A DNA stretch of 64,000 nucleotides from Thermodesulfobacteriota bacterium (lineage in GTDB: Bacteria > Desulfobacterota > Desulfobulbia > Desulfobulbales > SURF-16). Shown here piece by piece: positions 27,305-35,751 of the stretch (position 1 is its first letter; every line of letters starts with the position of its first letter). Under the pieces are notes generated by a model that searched no databases, was not told the DNA's origin, and worked only from the letters and a program-made list of their open reading frames with translations. The DNA lies in the NCBI GenBank assembly GCA_039715015.1, contig JBDLIE010000012.1, positions 1-64,000 of the forward strand, in the 5' to 3' direction. A program made the translations under genes and the position numbers.

Positions 27305-29197
27305 CTATTGAACCCGGTTGGTTATATATGATTTTAAATCTTCTGGCAGTTTGAACCCGGAAAGTAAGATTGCCTTATATTCCTCATCGGCCCGCAAATC
27401 ATCTCCCATCTGCTCATAAATACGTGCCCGGCTCACCATTGTTTCCACGGAATTTCCATAAATACCGGCATACTGGTCAAGCATGTTTAAGGCTGCATCA
27501 TAACTGCCGTTTTGCTCGCTAAAAGCCGCATAACTTGCCAAGGCATGTTTAGCAGGCCTATTGCCACTGACTGCCAGATCAAAATATTCTTTAGCCTCTT
27601 GATTTTTTTCCATGTTGGCAAGGCTCATTGCTGCAATAAGAGCCGCTTTATAGTCTTGTGGCTTTTTCTGAACTGCTATTTGGGCATAATGAGCAGCCTT
27701 GGCGTTCTGTCCCAACTTCACCATGGCAATTACTGATATGCGCTTAGCTAAATCACCATTTTCTGGCCATAGCTGATATGCCTGCTCATAAAGGATTAAT
27801 GCCTCAACATCTTTACCCTTTGTTTCTTCTGCACTCGCCATATGTATCAACTTTTTGGCATCAACCTTTTCTCTAGATGTCTGCAGCCGCTTGGTTACTG
27901 TAATTGGCTCAACAGAAACCTCAAGTTGTGTTGCATCCGCAGCTTCTGGCCATGAAAACTCTTCGCTCTTTGGTGAAACAACGATGGTATTAAAGCGTTC
28001 TTCTTTGGCAAGATCTTTTAAATTAAGTACGACATCTAGAAGAAAATCCCAAGGGACATCTTTCATAGATAAAGTTAAAGAACCAGAAACAGCCTCATCA
28101 ACAACAATATTTCTATTGCTTATTTCGCCAATCAAGCGGAAAACATTATGCAGATCAATTTTATAGAAATCTACTGATATTTTCTGCTCGTCATATCCAC
28201 TAAAATTTAAATTTGAACCTAACGCGGCAACATTGTTCTTGTCATCAGCGGCCTGGTAGGCAATGTCAGCAAAATCATTCTGAACTTCCGCCAAATCGAT
28301 AAACGAAGCATCACCATCAATAATTCCACTTCCCTCTGCCTTGCTACCAGTGAGCAGAGCAACCATTTGGACATCATCACTATTGCCGATATCCTGAGCT
28401 GTAATTGTAAGTTCTAAATAATTTTCATTCGCTTGAATATCATAGGTGAACAATTTGTTATCAGCAGAGTCGAGGATAATCTTTCCGCCGTTAGTTCCCT
28501 GATTAGTCTGTACAAGGGCCACAGGGGAATCTAAGGCAACGGGAATAACTCGATCAGCCATAATCACACCTGGCATATCTATAAGTAACCTGGCTGAGCG
28601 GGTTTCATCTTTGCTTTCCTCTAGCACCTCATATTTACCAATTGGACCTGAACTATAAATTAAAATTGTTGCCTTTTCAGGACTGAACGCATCAACTTGA
28701 ATATCGGTAATGGTTACTTGGTTGCCTACCAATGACTCAGAAGGCCCTTGAGGTGCAGCTTTTTCTGAGAACAGGACCACCAAATCAGATTGATCTTTTG
28801 TAACGGAATAAGAAAGTTCGTCATCCAGTATAATCTCAATACGTGCCACAGTAGAATTTTGCCCCTCTACAATTTTCCCGGTGATCATACCAACAGGACC
28901 TTTTGAGACCTGAAGAGGAAAATCCAGCGAAGATGAGATATCGCCACCGACAATATCAAAAATGATACGTTGAGGCGCAAATAGTTCATACATCGTATAA
29001 GTAGGCTCAGAACTCCCTGATATACGAACAGAAAATCCTTTTTCTACCTCTGTCCAAGAGATATCAGAAATTTGATATCCATCAACATTTGCAGAAAGGT
29101 TATCTACTGAGACAAAAAAGCTCGCCACTAACATAATGGCAAGACAAAGACCTTTTTTAATTTGGATTTTAGGGGTCATACTCCTATTCTCCCTCAC
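27305..29197 (-). CDS. PilQ-like periplasmic protein: signal peptide, two AMIN domains, secretin N0/STN domain, C-terminal TPRs, no secretin barrel
   Basis: AMIN-like LFAPQRIIFDI and ARLLIDMPG; N0-like KISVDFYKIDLHNVFRLI...LTLSMKDVPWD; Ala/Tyr-rich TPR helices to the stop. Confidence 0.75.
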   Translation of the reverse strand: MRENRSMTPKIQIKKGLCLAIMLVASFFVSVDNLSANVDGYQISDISWTEVEKGFSVRISGSSEPTYTMYELFAPQRIIFDIVGGDISSSLDFPLQVSKGPVGMITGKIVEGQNSTVARIEIILDDELSYSVTKDQSDLVVLFSEKAAPQGPSESLVGNQVTITDIQVDAFSPEKATILIYSSGPIGKYEVLEESKDETRSARLLIDMPGVIMADRVIPVALDSPVALVQTNQGTNGGKIILDSADNKLFTYDIQANENYLELTITAQDIGNSDDVQMVALLTGSKAEGSGIIDGDASFIDLAEVQNDFADIAYQAADDKNNVAALGSNLNFSGYDEQKISVDFYKIDLHNVFRLIGEISNRNIVVDEAVSGSLTLSMKDVPWDFLLDVVLNLKDLAKEERFNTIVVSPKSEEFSWPEAADATQLEVSVEPITVTKRLQTSREKVDAKKLIHMASAEETKGKDVEALILYEQAYQLWPENGDLAKRISVIAMVKLGQNAKAAHYAQIAVQKKPQDYKAALIAAMSLANMEKNQEAKEYFDLAVSGNRPAKHALASYAAFSEQNGSYDAALNMLDQYAGIYGNSVETMVSRARIYEQMGDDLRADEEYKAILLSGFKLPEDLKSYITNRVQ

Positions 29198-29762
29198 GCT
29201 TCAAAAGCATCTTCACCACTCGATGACGAATAGCTCCGGAAGTCATTTTATACTGTTGTTTCACCAGAATCATATTACCTGTTATTTCCTCAACAACTCC
29301 GTTCCGTCCGAGTTTTTCACCGGCAGAGAGGAGATATCCTTTACCCGTTGAATCCTGCACCATTGCAATGGGGCCTTGCTGCTTTTGAACAATGGCTACC
29401 ACCGACAGCTGACCGGGCTCAAACTTCTGCATTCCCGTTAAGACTCCATAGTCCTCAACCTCTACATCGACCTCTTGGACCACCTTATCTTTAATAAAAG
29501 GCATGAAAGGGTCGGGTCTTCCCTCTCTCAAATATACAAAATCTGATGCGCGGCCTTCAAGATAGTGCATCAGCTCCTTTACATTCTCAGAATACGCCTC
29601 TTCGGTAATCTCTAATTCTTCTTTTGATCCATCTGTGTTTACCGGCTGGGGCGCAGGTACTTGTGCAAAACTGGACTTTCCTACTAACAGTACGCCAAAC
29701 ATCACTCCCAAGATAGCCAGCTGCCATGAGCACCGTTTTGTTTGTTTTATTAAGTTCTTCAT
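29184..29762 (-). CDS. pilP: Type IV pilus assembly protein PilP
   Basis: GRPDPFMPF, QLSVVAIV, AMVQDSTGKGYLL...GRNG; position after pilO. Confidence 0.88.
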   Translation of the reverse strand: MKNLIKQTKRCSWQLAILGVMFGVLLVGKSSFAQVPAPQPVNTDGSKEELEITEEAYSENVKELMHYLEGRASDFVYLREGRPDPFMPFIKDKVVQEVDVEVEDYGVLTGMQKFEPGQLSVVAIVQKQQGPIAMVQDSTGKGYLLSAGEKLGRNGVVEEITGNMILVKQQYKMTSGAIRHRVVKMLLKREGE

Positions 29763-29810
29763 AGTGATTTTATTTCCAAAAAATCTCTAATGCAATTTTT
29801 ACATTTTCTT

Positions 29811-30431
29811 TTATTTTTTTGCTTGCTCGGTGAGATTTTCTACAAATCTATATGTTTCTAACTTGAGGCTGGTTTTCAAAATCATCTCCCCCTCATCTTC
29901 TTTTGGGCTTGAAATTCCCAAGGAAGAAACAGAAACAATTCTTGACATCTTGCTTACCTTGTCAAGGAAAACGCCAATATTATGATAAGGTCCTTGTAGG
30001 TTGATAGAAATTGGAATTTCAGCATAAAACTCTTTCTGATTTTCACCACCTGGTTTGAATGATAATATTTCAAGACCAGAGTTACTCCCTAAGTCTGAAA
30101 GACTTGCCAAAAGAGCAGGAATCTCCTGCTGTTGGGGCAGCAGATTGGAAGCCTTTTGAAACATAAATTGTGCTTCGGCCATCTCCGCCCTGTGCTTTCC
30201 AATATTTGCAGCAATCGCCTCTACCCTCCGAATCGTTTGCAATAAACCAACCTTTTGTCCTTCTAGTTGCTTCAACTTGGCATTCTGGGGGCTGAATGAA
30301 AGAAAGTAGAACCCAACAAGTGGTATTACGACAATAGCAGCCAGAGCTGCCATTTTCATATTTTGGTCAAGCCCTGCAACCTTTTCATCCAAAAAAACAT
30401 CTATCTTGCTCTGAATACCCTTAATGTTCAT
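29811..30431 (-). CDS. pilO: Type IV pilus assembly protein PilO
   Basis: LLPQQQEIPALL, EFYAEIPISI, GPYHNIGVFLDKVSKMSRIV, TYRF. Confidence 0.93.
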   Translation of the reverse strand: MNIKGIQSKIDVFLDEKVAGLDQNMKMAALAAIVVIPLVGFYFLSFSPQNAKLKQLEGQKVGLLQTIRRVEAIAANIGKHRAEMAEAQFMFQKASNLLPQQQEIPALLASLSDLGSNSGLEILSFKPGGENQKEFYAEIPISINLQGPYHNIGVFLDKVSKMSRIVSVSSLGISSPKEDEGEMILKTSLKLETYRFVENLTEQAKK

Positions 30432-31010
30432 TTACTCCCCCTTATCATCCAAACTTCCACCTTCCACAGGAGGAGTTACCGTCATGGTTAGAGTAAATGT
30501 TTGCAGGTTACGATTCGCAACAACTTTTTGAGTAGATGTGCCCAAGGTAGTTCCCTGAATATACCTTGAACCAGAAAGTTTGTTCATGTAACTAGCAATT
30601 GTCGTGTTATCTAAAGCTGTTCCTGCAATGGTCAAGCTAGGGCCACTTTGCTTGAGACTTGTTAGCCAGACACCGTTAGGCGGCGTTGCTCTAGCAATTT
30701 CATCAAGGACATGCACAGATACCTGTGATTTTGCTTTCAGTTGCTTAATAACTTCAATCTGTTCAAAAAGTTTTGCCTTCTGAGCCTCGATCTGCTTGAT
30801 CTCTTTGAGAGTTGCATCATAGGATTGCTTCTTCTTCTGGAGTCGGGCGACTTCGTTCTGCATTTGCTTTACATCCATATTGAGCTTCAGCACCCACCCC
30901 CCAAGGATCGCACAGAGAAGGACAAACACCGAAACGAAGACTAAAGCTTCGCTGCGGGCTCTTGCTCTCTTTTTAAGATGCCTTACCGGCAAAAGGTTTA
31001 TCAGAATCAT
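30432..31010 (-). CDS. pilN: Type IV pilus assembly protein PilN
   Basis: N-terminal INLLP motif, one TM, coiled coil, PNGVWLTSL. Confidence 0.93.
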   Translation of the reverse strand: MILINLLPVRHLKKRARARSEALVFVSVFVLLCAILGGWVLKLNMDVKQMQNEVARLQKKKQSYDATLKEIKQIEAQKAKLFEQIEVIKQLKAKSQVSVHVLDEIARATPPNGVWLTSLKQSGPSLTIAGTALDNTTIASYMNKLSGSRYIQGTTLGTSTQKVVANRNLQTFTLTMTVTPPVEGGSLDDKGE

Positions 31011-31082
31011 AGGACTTTTTTATCTGTAAAAATTTAATTCTGTGTGGGCAGCGTGTCTCAACTCAAATACGAAAACAATTCC

Positions 31083-32138
31083 CTAAAACGGTACCTTTCT
31101 TGAAGCAAGCCCTGTTGAAATAGCCATTTCCGGGGCAATATAGGCAAGATATTGCGGGTCAATTTTTTTGCGGTCAACCACAGCTGAGGCAAACGGATTA
31201 AACTTTTCGATTTCCAACTCGGACTCACTGGCGAAATAATGCTCTAGACCACGAATATGGGATCCACCACCGCTTAAAACCATCTTATCAATGGGTTCTT
31301 CAGGATAGTTTGAATTATAAAAATCAAGTGCCTTTTTAATCTCCAGTATCCACTGGGTACAAGCACTGGCAAATGTTTCTTCAAGCTGAGGGAGTTGGTC
31401 GCCCGGATCTTGGGCAGAGACCTTTAAATCTTCAGCCTCTTCAAAACTTACATCGAGCTTTCCTTGAATCTGCTCGGTGAGCTGACGACTGCCGAGAAAA
31501 ACATCCCGGGCAAATACTGAAGCTCCACCTGAGATTATATTAATATTCATTTTCGAAGAGCCGATGTCGACCAAGATGACATTATCATCCTGGCCCATGC
31601 TCAACTCATAGGAATTTTCCAGGGCAAAGGCGTCGACATCAACAACAACTACTTTCAGACCGATACCTTCAAGCATCTCCATGTATTTATTGACAACCTC
31701 TTTTTTCGCAGCCACGAGCATAACATCTGTACGTTCCTCATCTTCTTTATTTGTTTGAAGATCCTGGAAGTCGATATAAACTTCATCAATATCAAAAGGG
31801 ATATACTGCTCTGCTTCTGCATGGATATGGTGCTGCAGCTCTTCTTCTGTCATGACGGCAAGATTGATCTTTTTCATAATGACAGAGTAGCCAGATATGG
31901 AGATAGCTACCTTTTTACTTTTAATCTCCAGATTTTTAATCAGATTCTTTATTACTTCGCCGACAGCCTCGGGATCCCGGAGTTCACCATCTTCCACAGA
32001 TCCAACTGGAAGCTGTGCTGTTCCCAGAGAAATCAATTTCCTTTTTTTCCCAGCCTCAGCAAACTCACACACCTTCACAGAGTGAGAGCCAATATCGAGA
32101 CCCACTGTCATTTTTTGTTTTGATAGAAAAGGAAGCAT
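31083..32138 (-). CDS. pilM: Type IV pilus assembly protein PilM
   Basis: VGLDIGSHSVK, EAEQYIPFDI, VDVDAFAL, LVDIG, LSGGGS. Confidence 0.96.
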   Translation of the reverse strand: MLPFLSKQKMTVGLDIGSHSVKVCEFAEAGKKRKLISLGTAQLPVGSVEDGELRDPEAVGEVIKNLIKNLEIKSKKVAISISGYSVIMKKINLAVMTEEELQHHIHAEAEQYIPFDIDEVYIDFQDLQTNKEDEERTDVMLVAAKKEVVNKYMEMLEGIGLKVVVVDVDAFALENSYELSMGQDDNVILVDIGSSKMNINIISGGASVFARDVFLGSRQLTEQIQGKLDVSFEEAEDLKVSAQDPGDQLPQLEETFASACTQWILEIKKALDFYNSNYPEEPIDKMVLSGGGSHIRGLEHYFASESELEIEKFNPFASAVVDRKKIDPQYLAYIAPEMAISTGLASRKVPF

Positions 32139-32368
32139 TTTTAATCCAGTCCCTAATAATTCTTAAAGCGCAACTTTTACAGAGCTCAACAATAACTTAA
32201 AAGACAATACTTACTAATATTCAATAACACATAATTCCATTTCAATGTCAAGAACACCCATCGGCCTTCAAAAGGCATAATTCCTCGAAATAACGAGATG
32301 TTCCACTGAATACTTCATGAATAACGAAAGCTTGACGAACAATATTCAGTGGCTTGCCGCCACCCGCT

Positions 32369-32516
32369 ACACCACATGTAGTGTGGCCAACTAATTCAAA
32401 AGCAGAATGTGTCGCAACTATCTAATATAATATTATTTTTCGCTTTTTTTGTTTAAGCACAATTATTTGAATAGCATCTTGTACATAGTGCCTTAATCAA
32501 CCACTACATATTGCAC
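32369..32516. promoter_or_regulatory. Two NrdR-box-like palindromes in the pilM/lepB intergenic region
   Basis: ACACCACATGTAGTGT (32369-32384) and CCACTACATATTGCAC (32501-32516). Confidence 0.45.
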
Positions 32517-32718
32517 CTCCTCCAGTTTCAATACTTTAACTCCTTTAATTTAGTATAGTTTCATCCTCAAAGACAAATTTTCGTTAAAAAACCTTTTTCG
32601 CCGTCTTTCGCAAAGGGTTGTTTCAGATGCTATCCCTTGTATTATCTCCTCTTTTCGAGTAAAACATTTTCAATTAAAAATAACCCTTTACGTCCCTCTT
32701 TTCAGCGAACTGCAACAG

Positions 32719-33351
32719 ATGAATAAGAAATCCATTGTCAGAGAGTATGTTGAAGCAATCCTCATAGCCCTCCTCCTCGCTCTTTTCATCCGCACTTTCA
32801 TTGTTCAGGCCTTTAAAATTCCTTCTGGGTCTATGCTCCCCACCTTGCAGATTGGTGACCATATACTTGTTTCAAAATTTTCCTATGCCCTGAAAAATCC
32901 CTTTACAGATTCCGCCGTCATCTCCTTTTCTGTGCCAGAACGTGGAGACATCATAGTCTTTAAATATCCTGTAAAAAAAGATGTTGATTATATTAAACGG
33001 GTTATTGGTGTTGCTGGTGATCGCATTGAGGTAAAAGACAAGAAAATTTTTGTAAACGGTGAGCTCTTTGAGGTCCAACAGGCCATTCATCTTGACAACT
33101 CCATTAGGCCTTCTGGGCAGTCGCCAAGAGATAATTACGGCCCGGTAACTGTTCCTCCTCAATCTGTTTTTGTGATGGGGGACAACCGTGACAACAGCCA
33201 CGACAGCCGTTTTTGGGGTTTTGTCAACTACAAAGCCATTAGAGGTAAGGCTTTTATTATCTACTGGTCCTGGGACATACAACAGTCTCCTTTTTCCCTG
33301 AAACGCCTCCAGTCAATTCGCTGGAATAGGCTGGGTGATTCAATTAAATAA
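32719..33351 (+). CDS. lepB: Signal peptidase I
   Basis: IPSGSMLPTLQIGD, YIKRVIG, MGDNRDNSHDSRFWG. Confidence 0.97.
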   Translation: MNKKSIVREYVEAILIALLLALFIRTFIVQAFKIPSGSMLPTLQIGDHILVSKFSYALKNPFTDSAVISFSVPERGDIIVFKYPVKKDVDYIKRVIGVAGDRIEVKDKKIFVNGELFEVQQAIHLDNSIRPSGQSPRDNYGPVTVPPQSVFVMGDNRDNSHDSRFWGFVNYKAIRGKAFIIYWSWDIQQSPFSLKRLQSIRWNRLGDSIK

Positions 33352-33441
33352 TTTGTCTCGGCCCCCACTCTTTTTTTGCTATAGTACTGTTACCAACCGC
33401 TTTGAAGATTTGATAATTATCTGCTGCTAGGAAGACACCCC

Positions 33442-34386
33442 TTGTCAATCGAAGTTGAGCATACATTCAGCCACAAACACATCCTGGGCCTGGAACAACT
33501 CAGCCCTGATGATATTACTTTCCTATTACGATCAGCTGCTTCATTCAAAGAAATCTCAACCCGTCAAATCAAAAAGGTTCCAGCCCTTAGGGGCCGTACT
33601 GTCATCAATCTCTTCTTTGAACCAAGCACCCGAACCCGCCTCTCATTTGAAGTTGCCGCCAAAAGGATGAGCGCGGACACTTTCAATATTTCTGCCTCTA
33701 CCAGCAGCTTGAAAAAGGGAGAAACTCTCATTGATACCGCCCTGAACCTGGCGGCAATGAAACCCGACATTATTATCATCCGCCACTCTCATTCCGGCTC
33801 GCCTGGCCTGTTGGCTAAACATACCAAGGCATCTATTATAAATGCCGGCGACGGCACCCATGAACATCCCAGCCAGGGTCTTCTTGATCTGATGACTGTC
33901 CTTGAAGAAAAAGGGCAGATTGAGGGCTTAAAAATTGCCATTATCGGCGACATCGCCCATAGCAGAGTTGCCCATTCAAACATCATTGGTTTCACCAAAA
34001 TGGGGGCTTCAGTATCGGTCAGTGGCCCCGCCACTCTCCTTCCTATGGGCATTGACCACCTTGGCGCCACAGTCTGTTCATCGGTGGAAGAGGCAGTTGA
34101 AAATGCTGATGTGGTTATGGCGCTCCGCATTCAAACCGAGCGCCAAAAAGACCCTCTCATCCCATCCTTAAGAGAATATGCTACCTTTTTTGGCATAAAC
34201 CAACGTGTTCTCTCTGGTGCAAAACCTGATGCCCTCATTATGCATCCCGGCCCCATAAACCGGGGTATTGAGCTTGACCCAGACTTGGCAGACGGACCCC
34301 GTTCAGTCATCCTTGACCAGGTTACCAACGGAGTTGCCATACGCATGGCTCTGCTCTATGCGATCATGGGAGGAGGAGAAGGATAA
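33442..34386 (+). CDS. pyrB: Aspartate carbamoyltransferase catalytic subunit
   Basis: FFEPSTRT, INAGDGTHEHPSQ, GDIAHSRVA, MHPGPINRG. Confidence 0.98.
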   Translation: MSIEVEHTFSHKHILGLEQLSPDDITFLLRSAASFKEISTRQIKKVPALRGRTVINLFFEPSTRTRLSFEVAAKRMSADTFNISASTSSLKKGETLIDTALNLAAMKPDIIIIRHSHSGSPGLLAKHTKASIINAGDGTHEHPSQGLLDLMTVLEEKGQIEGLKIAIIGDIAHSRVAHSNIIGFTKMGASVSVSGPATLLPMGIDHLGATVCSSVEEAVENADVVMALRIQTERQKDPLIPSLREYATFFGINQRVLSGAKPDALIMHPGPINRGIELDPDLADGPRSVILDQVTNGVAIRMALLYAIMGGGEG

Positions 34387-35679
34387 ATGCCGCAATCAAT
34401 CTTGCTTCAGAATGGCCGGATTATCGACCCGGCTCAAACTATCGACACCATCGGCACTATTCTTATTGAGGATGGTCAAATAAAAGATGTTTCCCTCGGA
34501 ACGTTTGACAAGAATCCTCCTGAAGAGTGCCAGATTATAGATGCAAGCGGCAAATGGATCATTCCAGGACTTGTTGACATCCATGTTCACCTGCGTGAGC
34601 CGGGCGAAGAGTACAAGGAAACCGTGGAGAGTGGCACCAGGGCCGCTGCAGCAGGCGGCTTTACCGCCGTGGCCTGTATGCCCAACACCTCACCTGTTAA
34701 TGATAATGAATCTGTGACTTCATTAATTCTTGCCAAGGCCAAAGATGCTGGTTTTGCCAAGGTTTATCCAGTGGCTGCAATCAGCCAGCAGAGTGACGGC
34801 TCCCGCCTTGCCGAATTTGGCGAACTAAAAAAGGCTGGCGCCATTGCCCTGTCTGACGACGGCCGCCCCGTTGAAAACAGCCAGCTCATGCGCCGTGCCC
34901 TGGAGTATAGCTCCAATTACAACATGCTGCTCATCTCCCATTCAGAGGAGATGAGCCTCAGTGATGGCGGCGTGATGAACGAAGGACCATTATCCACCCG
35001 TCTTGGTCTCCGCGGCATCCCGCATATCGCTGAAGAAATCATGATTTATCGTGATCTGGCCCTTGCCGAGTATGTTAACCGTCCCATCCATATTGCCCAT
35101 ATATCCACCCGCGAATCCGTGGATCTTATCCGCCGGGCAAAGCTGAAAGGTTGCCAGGTCACAGCCGAAACAACCCCCCATTATTTCACCCTCACTGAAG
35201 AGACCATTGCCGATTACAACACCTCGGCTAAGATGAACCCTCCCCTGCGAACCGCCGATGACCGCCAGGCCATTCAGGATGGTCTGCAGGATGGCACCAT
35301 CGACGCCATCGCCACTGACCATGCTCCCCATTCCCGACAGGAAAAAGAGGTTGAATTTGACTTGGCGGCCAACGGCATTATCGGCCTGGAGACTTCTGTT
35401 CCACTTACCCTTGCACTGGTCAGAGATAATATCATCACCCCGGCCAAAATGATTGAACTGATGTCAGTCAACCCCTGCCGCATACTTGGCGTGCAAGGTG
35501 GCACCCTTGCCCAAGGGGCAAGCGCCGATGTGACCCTTATCGACCCTGACCTTACCTTCACCTATGAAGAAAAAGATGTGGTTTCAAAAAGCAAAAATTC
35601 GCCTTTTCTCAACTGCTCTCTTCAGGGCAAGGCGGTTCTCACCATCCTCGATGGCAAAATAACCTTCAGCGACCTATAA
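34387..35679 (+). CDS. pyrC: Dihydroorotase
   Basis: DIHVHLREPG, MPNT, KMNPPLR, ATDHAPH. Confidence 0.97.
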   Translation: MPQSILLQNGRIIDPAQTIDTIGTILIEDGQIKDVSLGTFDKNPPEECQIIDASGKWIIPGLVDIHVHLREPGEEYKETVESGTRAAAAGGFTAVACMPNTSPVNDNESVTSLILAKAKDAGFAKVYPVAAISQQSDGSRLAEFGELKKAGAIALSDDGRPVENSQLMRRALEYSSNYNMLLISHSEEMSLSDGGVMNEGPLSTRLGLRGIPHIAEEIMIYRDLALAEYVNRPIHIAHISTRESVDLIRRAKLKGCQVTAETTPHYFTLTEETIADYNTSAKMNPPLRTADDRQAIQDGLQDGTIDAIATDHAPHSRQEKEVEFDLAANGIIGLETSVPLTLALVRDNIITPAKMIELMSVNPCRILGVQGGTLAQGASADVTLIDPDLTFTYEEKDVVSKSKNSPFLNCSLQGKAVLTILDGKITFSDL

Positions 35680-35681
35680 AA

Positions 35682-35715
35682 AAAGCCTCCCACCAAAATC
35701 ATGGTGGAAGGCTTT
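35682..35715. terminator. Terminator between convergent pyrC and topA
   Basis: AAAGCCTCCCACCA...TGGTGGAAGGCTTT. Confidence 0.75.
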
Positions 35716-35751
35716 AAACAAATCCGTTTTCTTCAAAAAAGTTACAACCTT

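Noticed and set aside
32590..32630. c-di-GMP-I riboswitch upstream of pilM
   Set aside because: A GCGAAAG word exists on the minus strand, but the flanking stem does not pair and the conserved GGCAAA / GACGCAAAG elements are absent.
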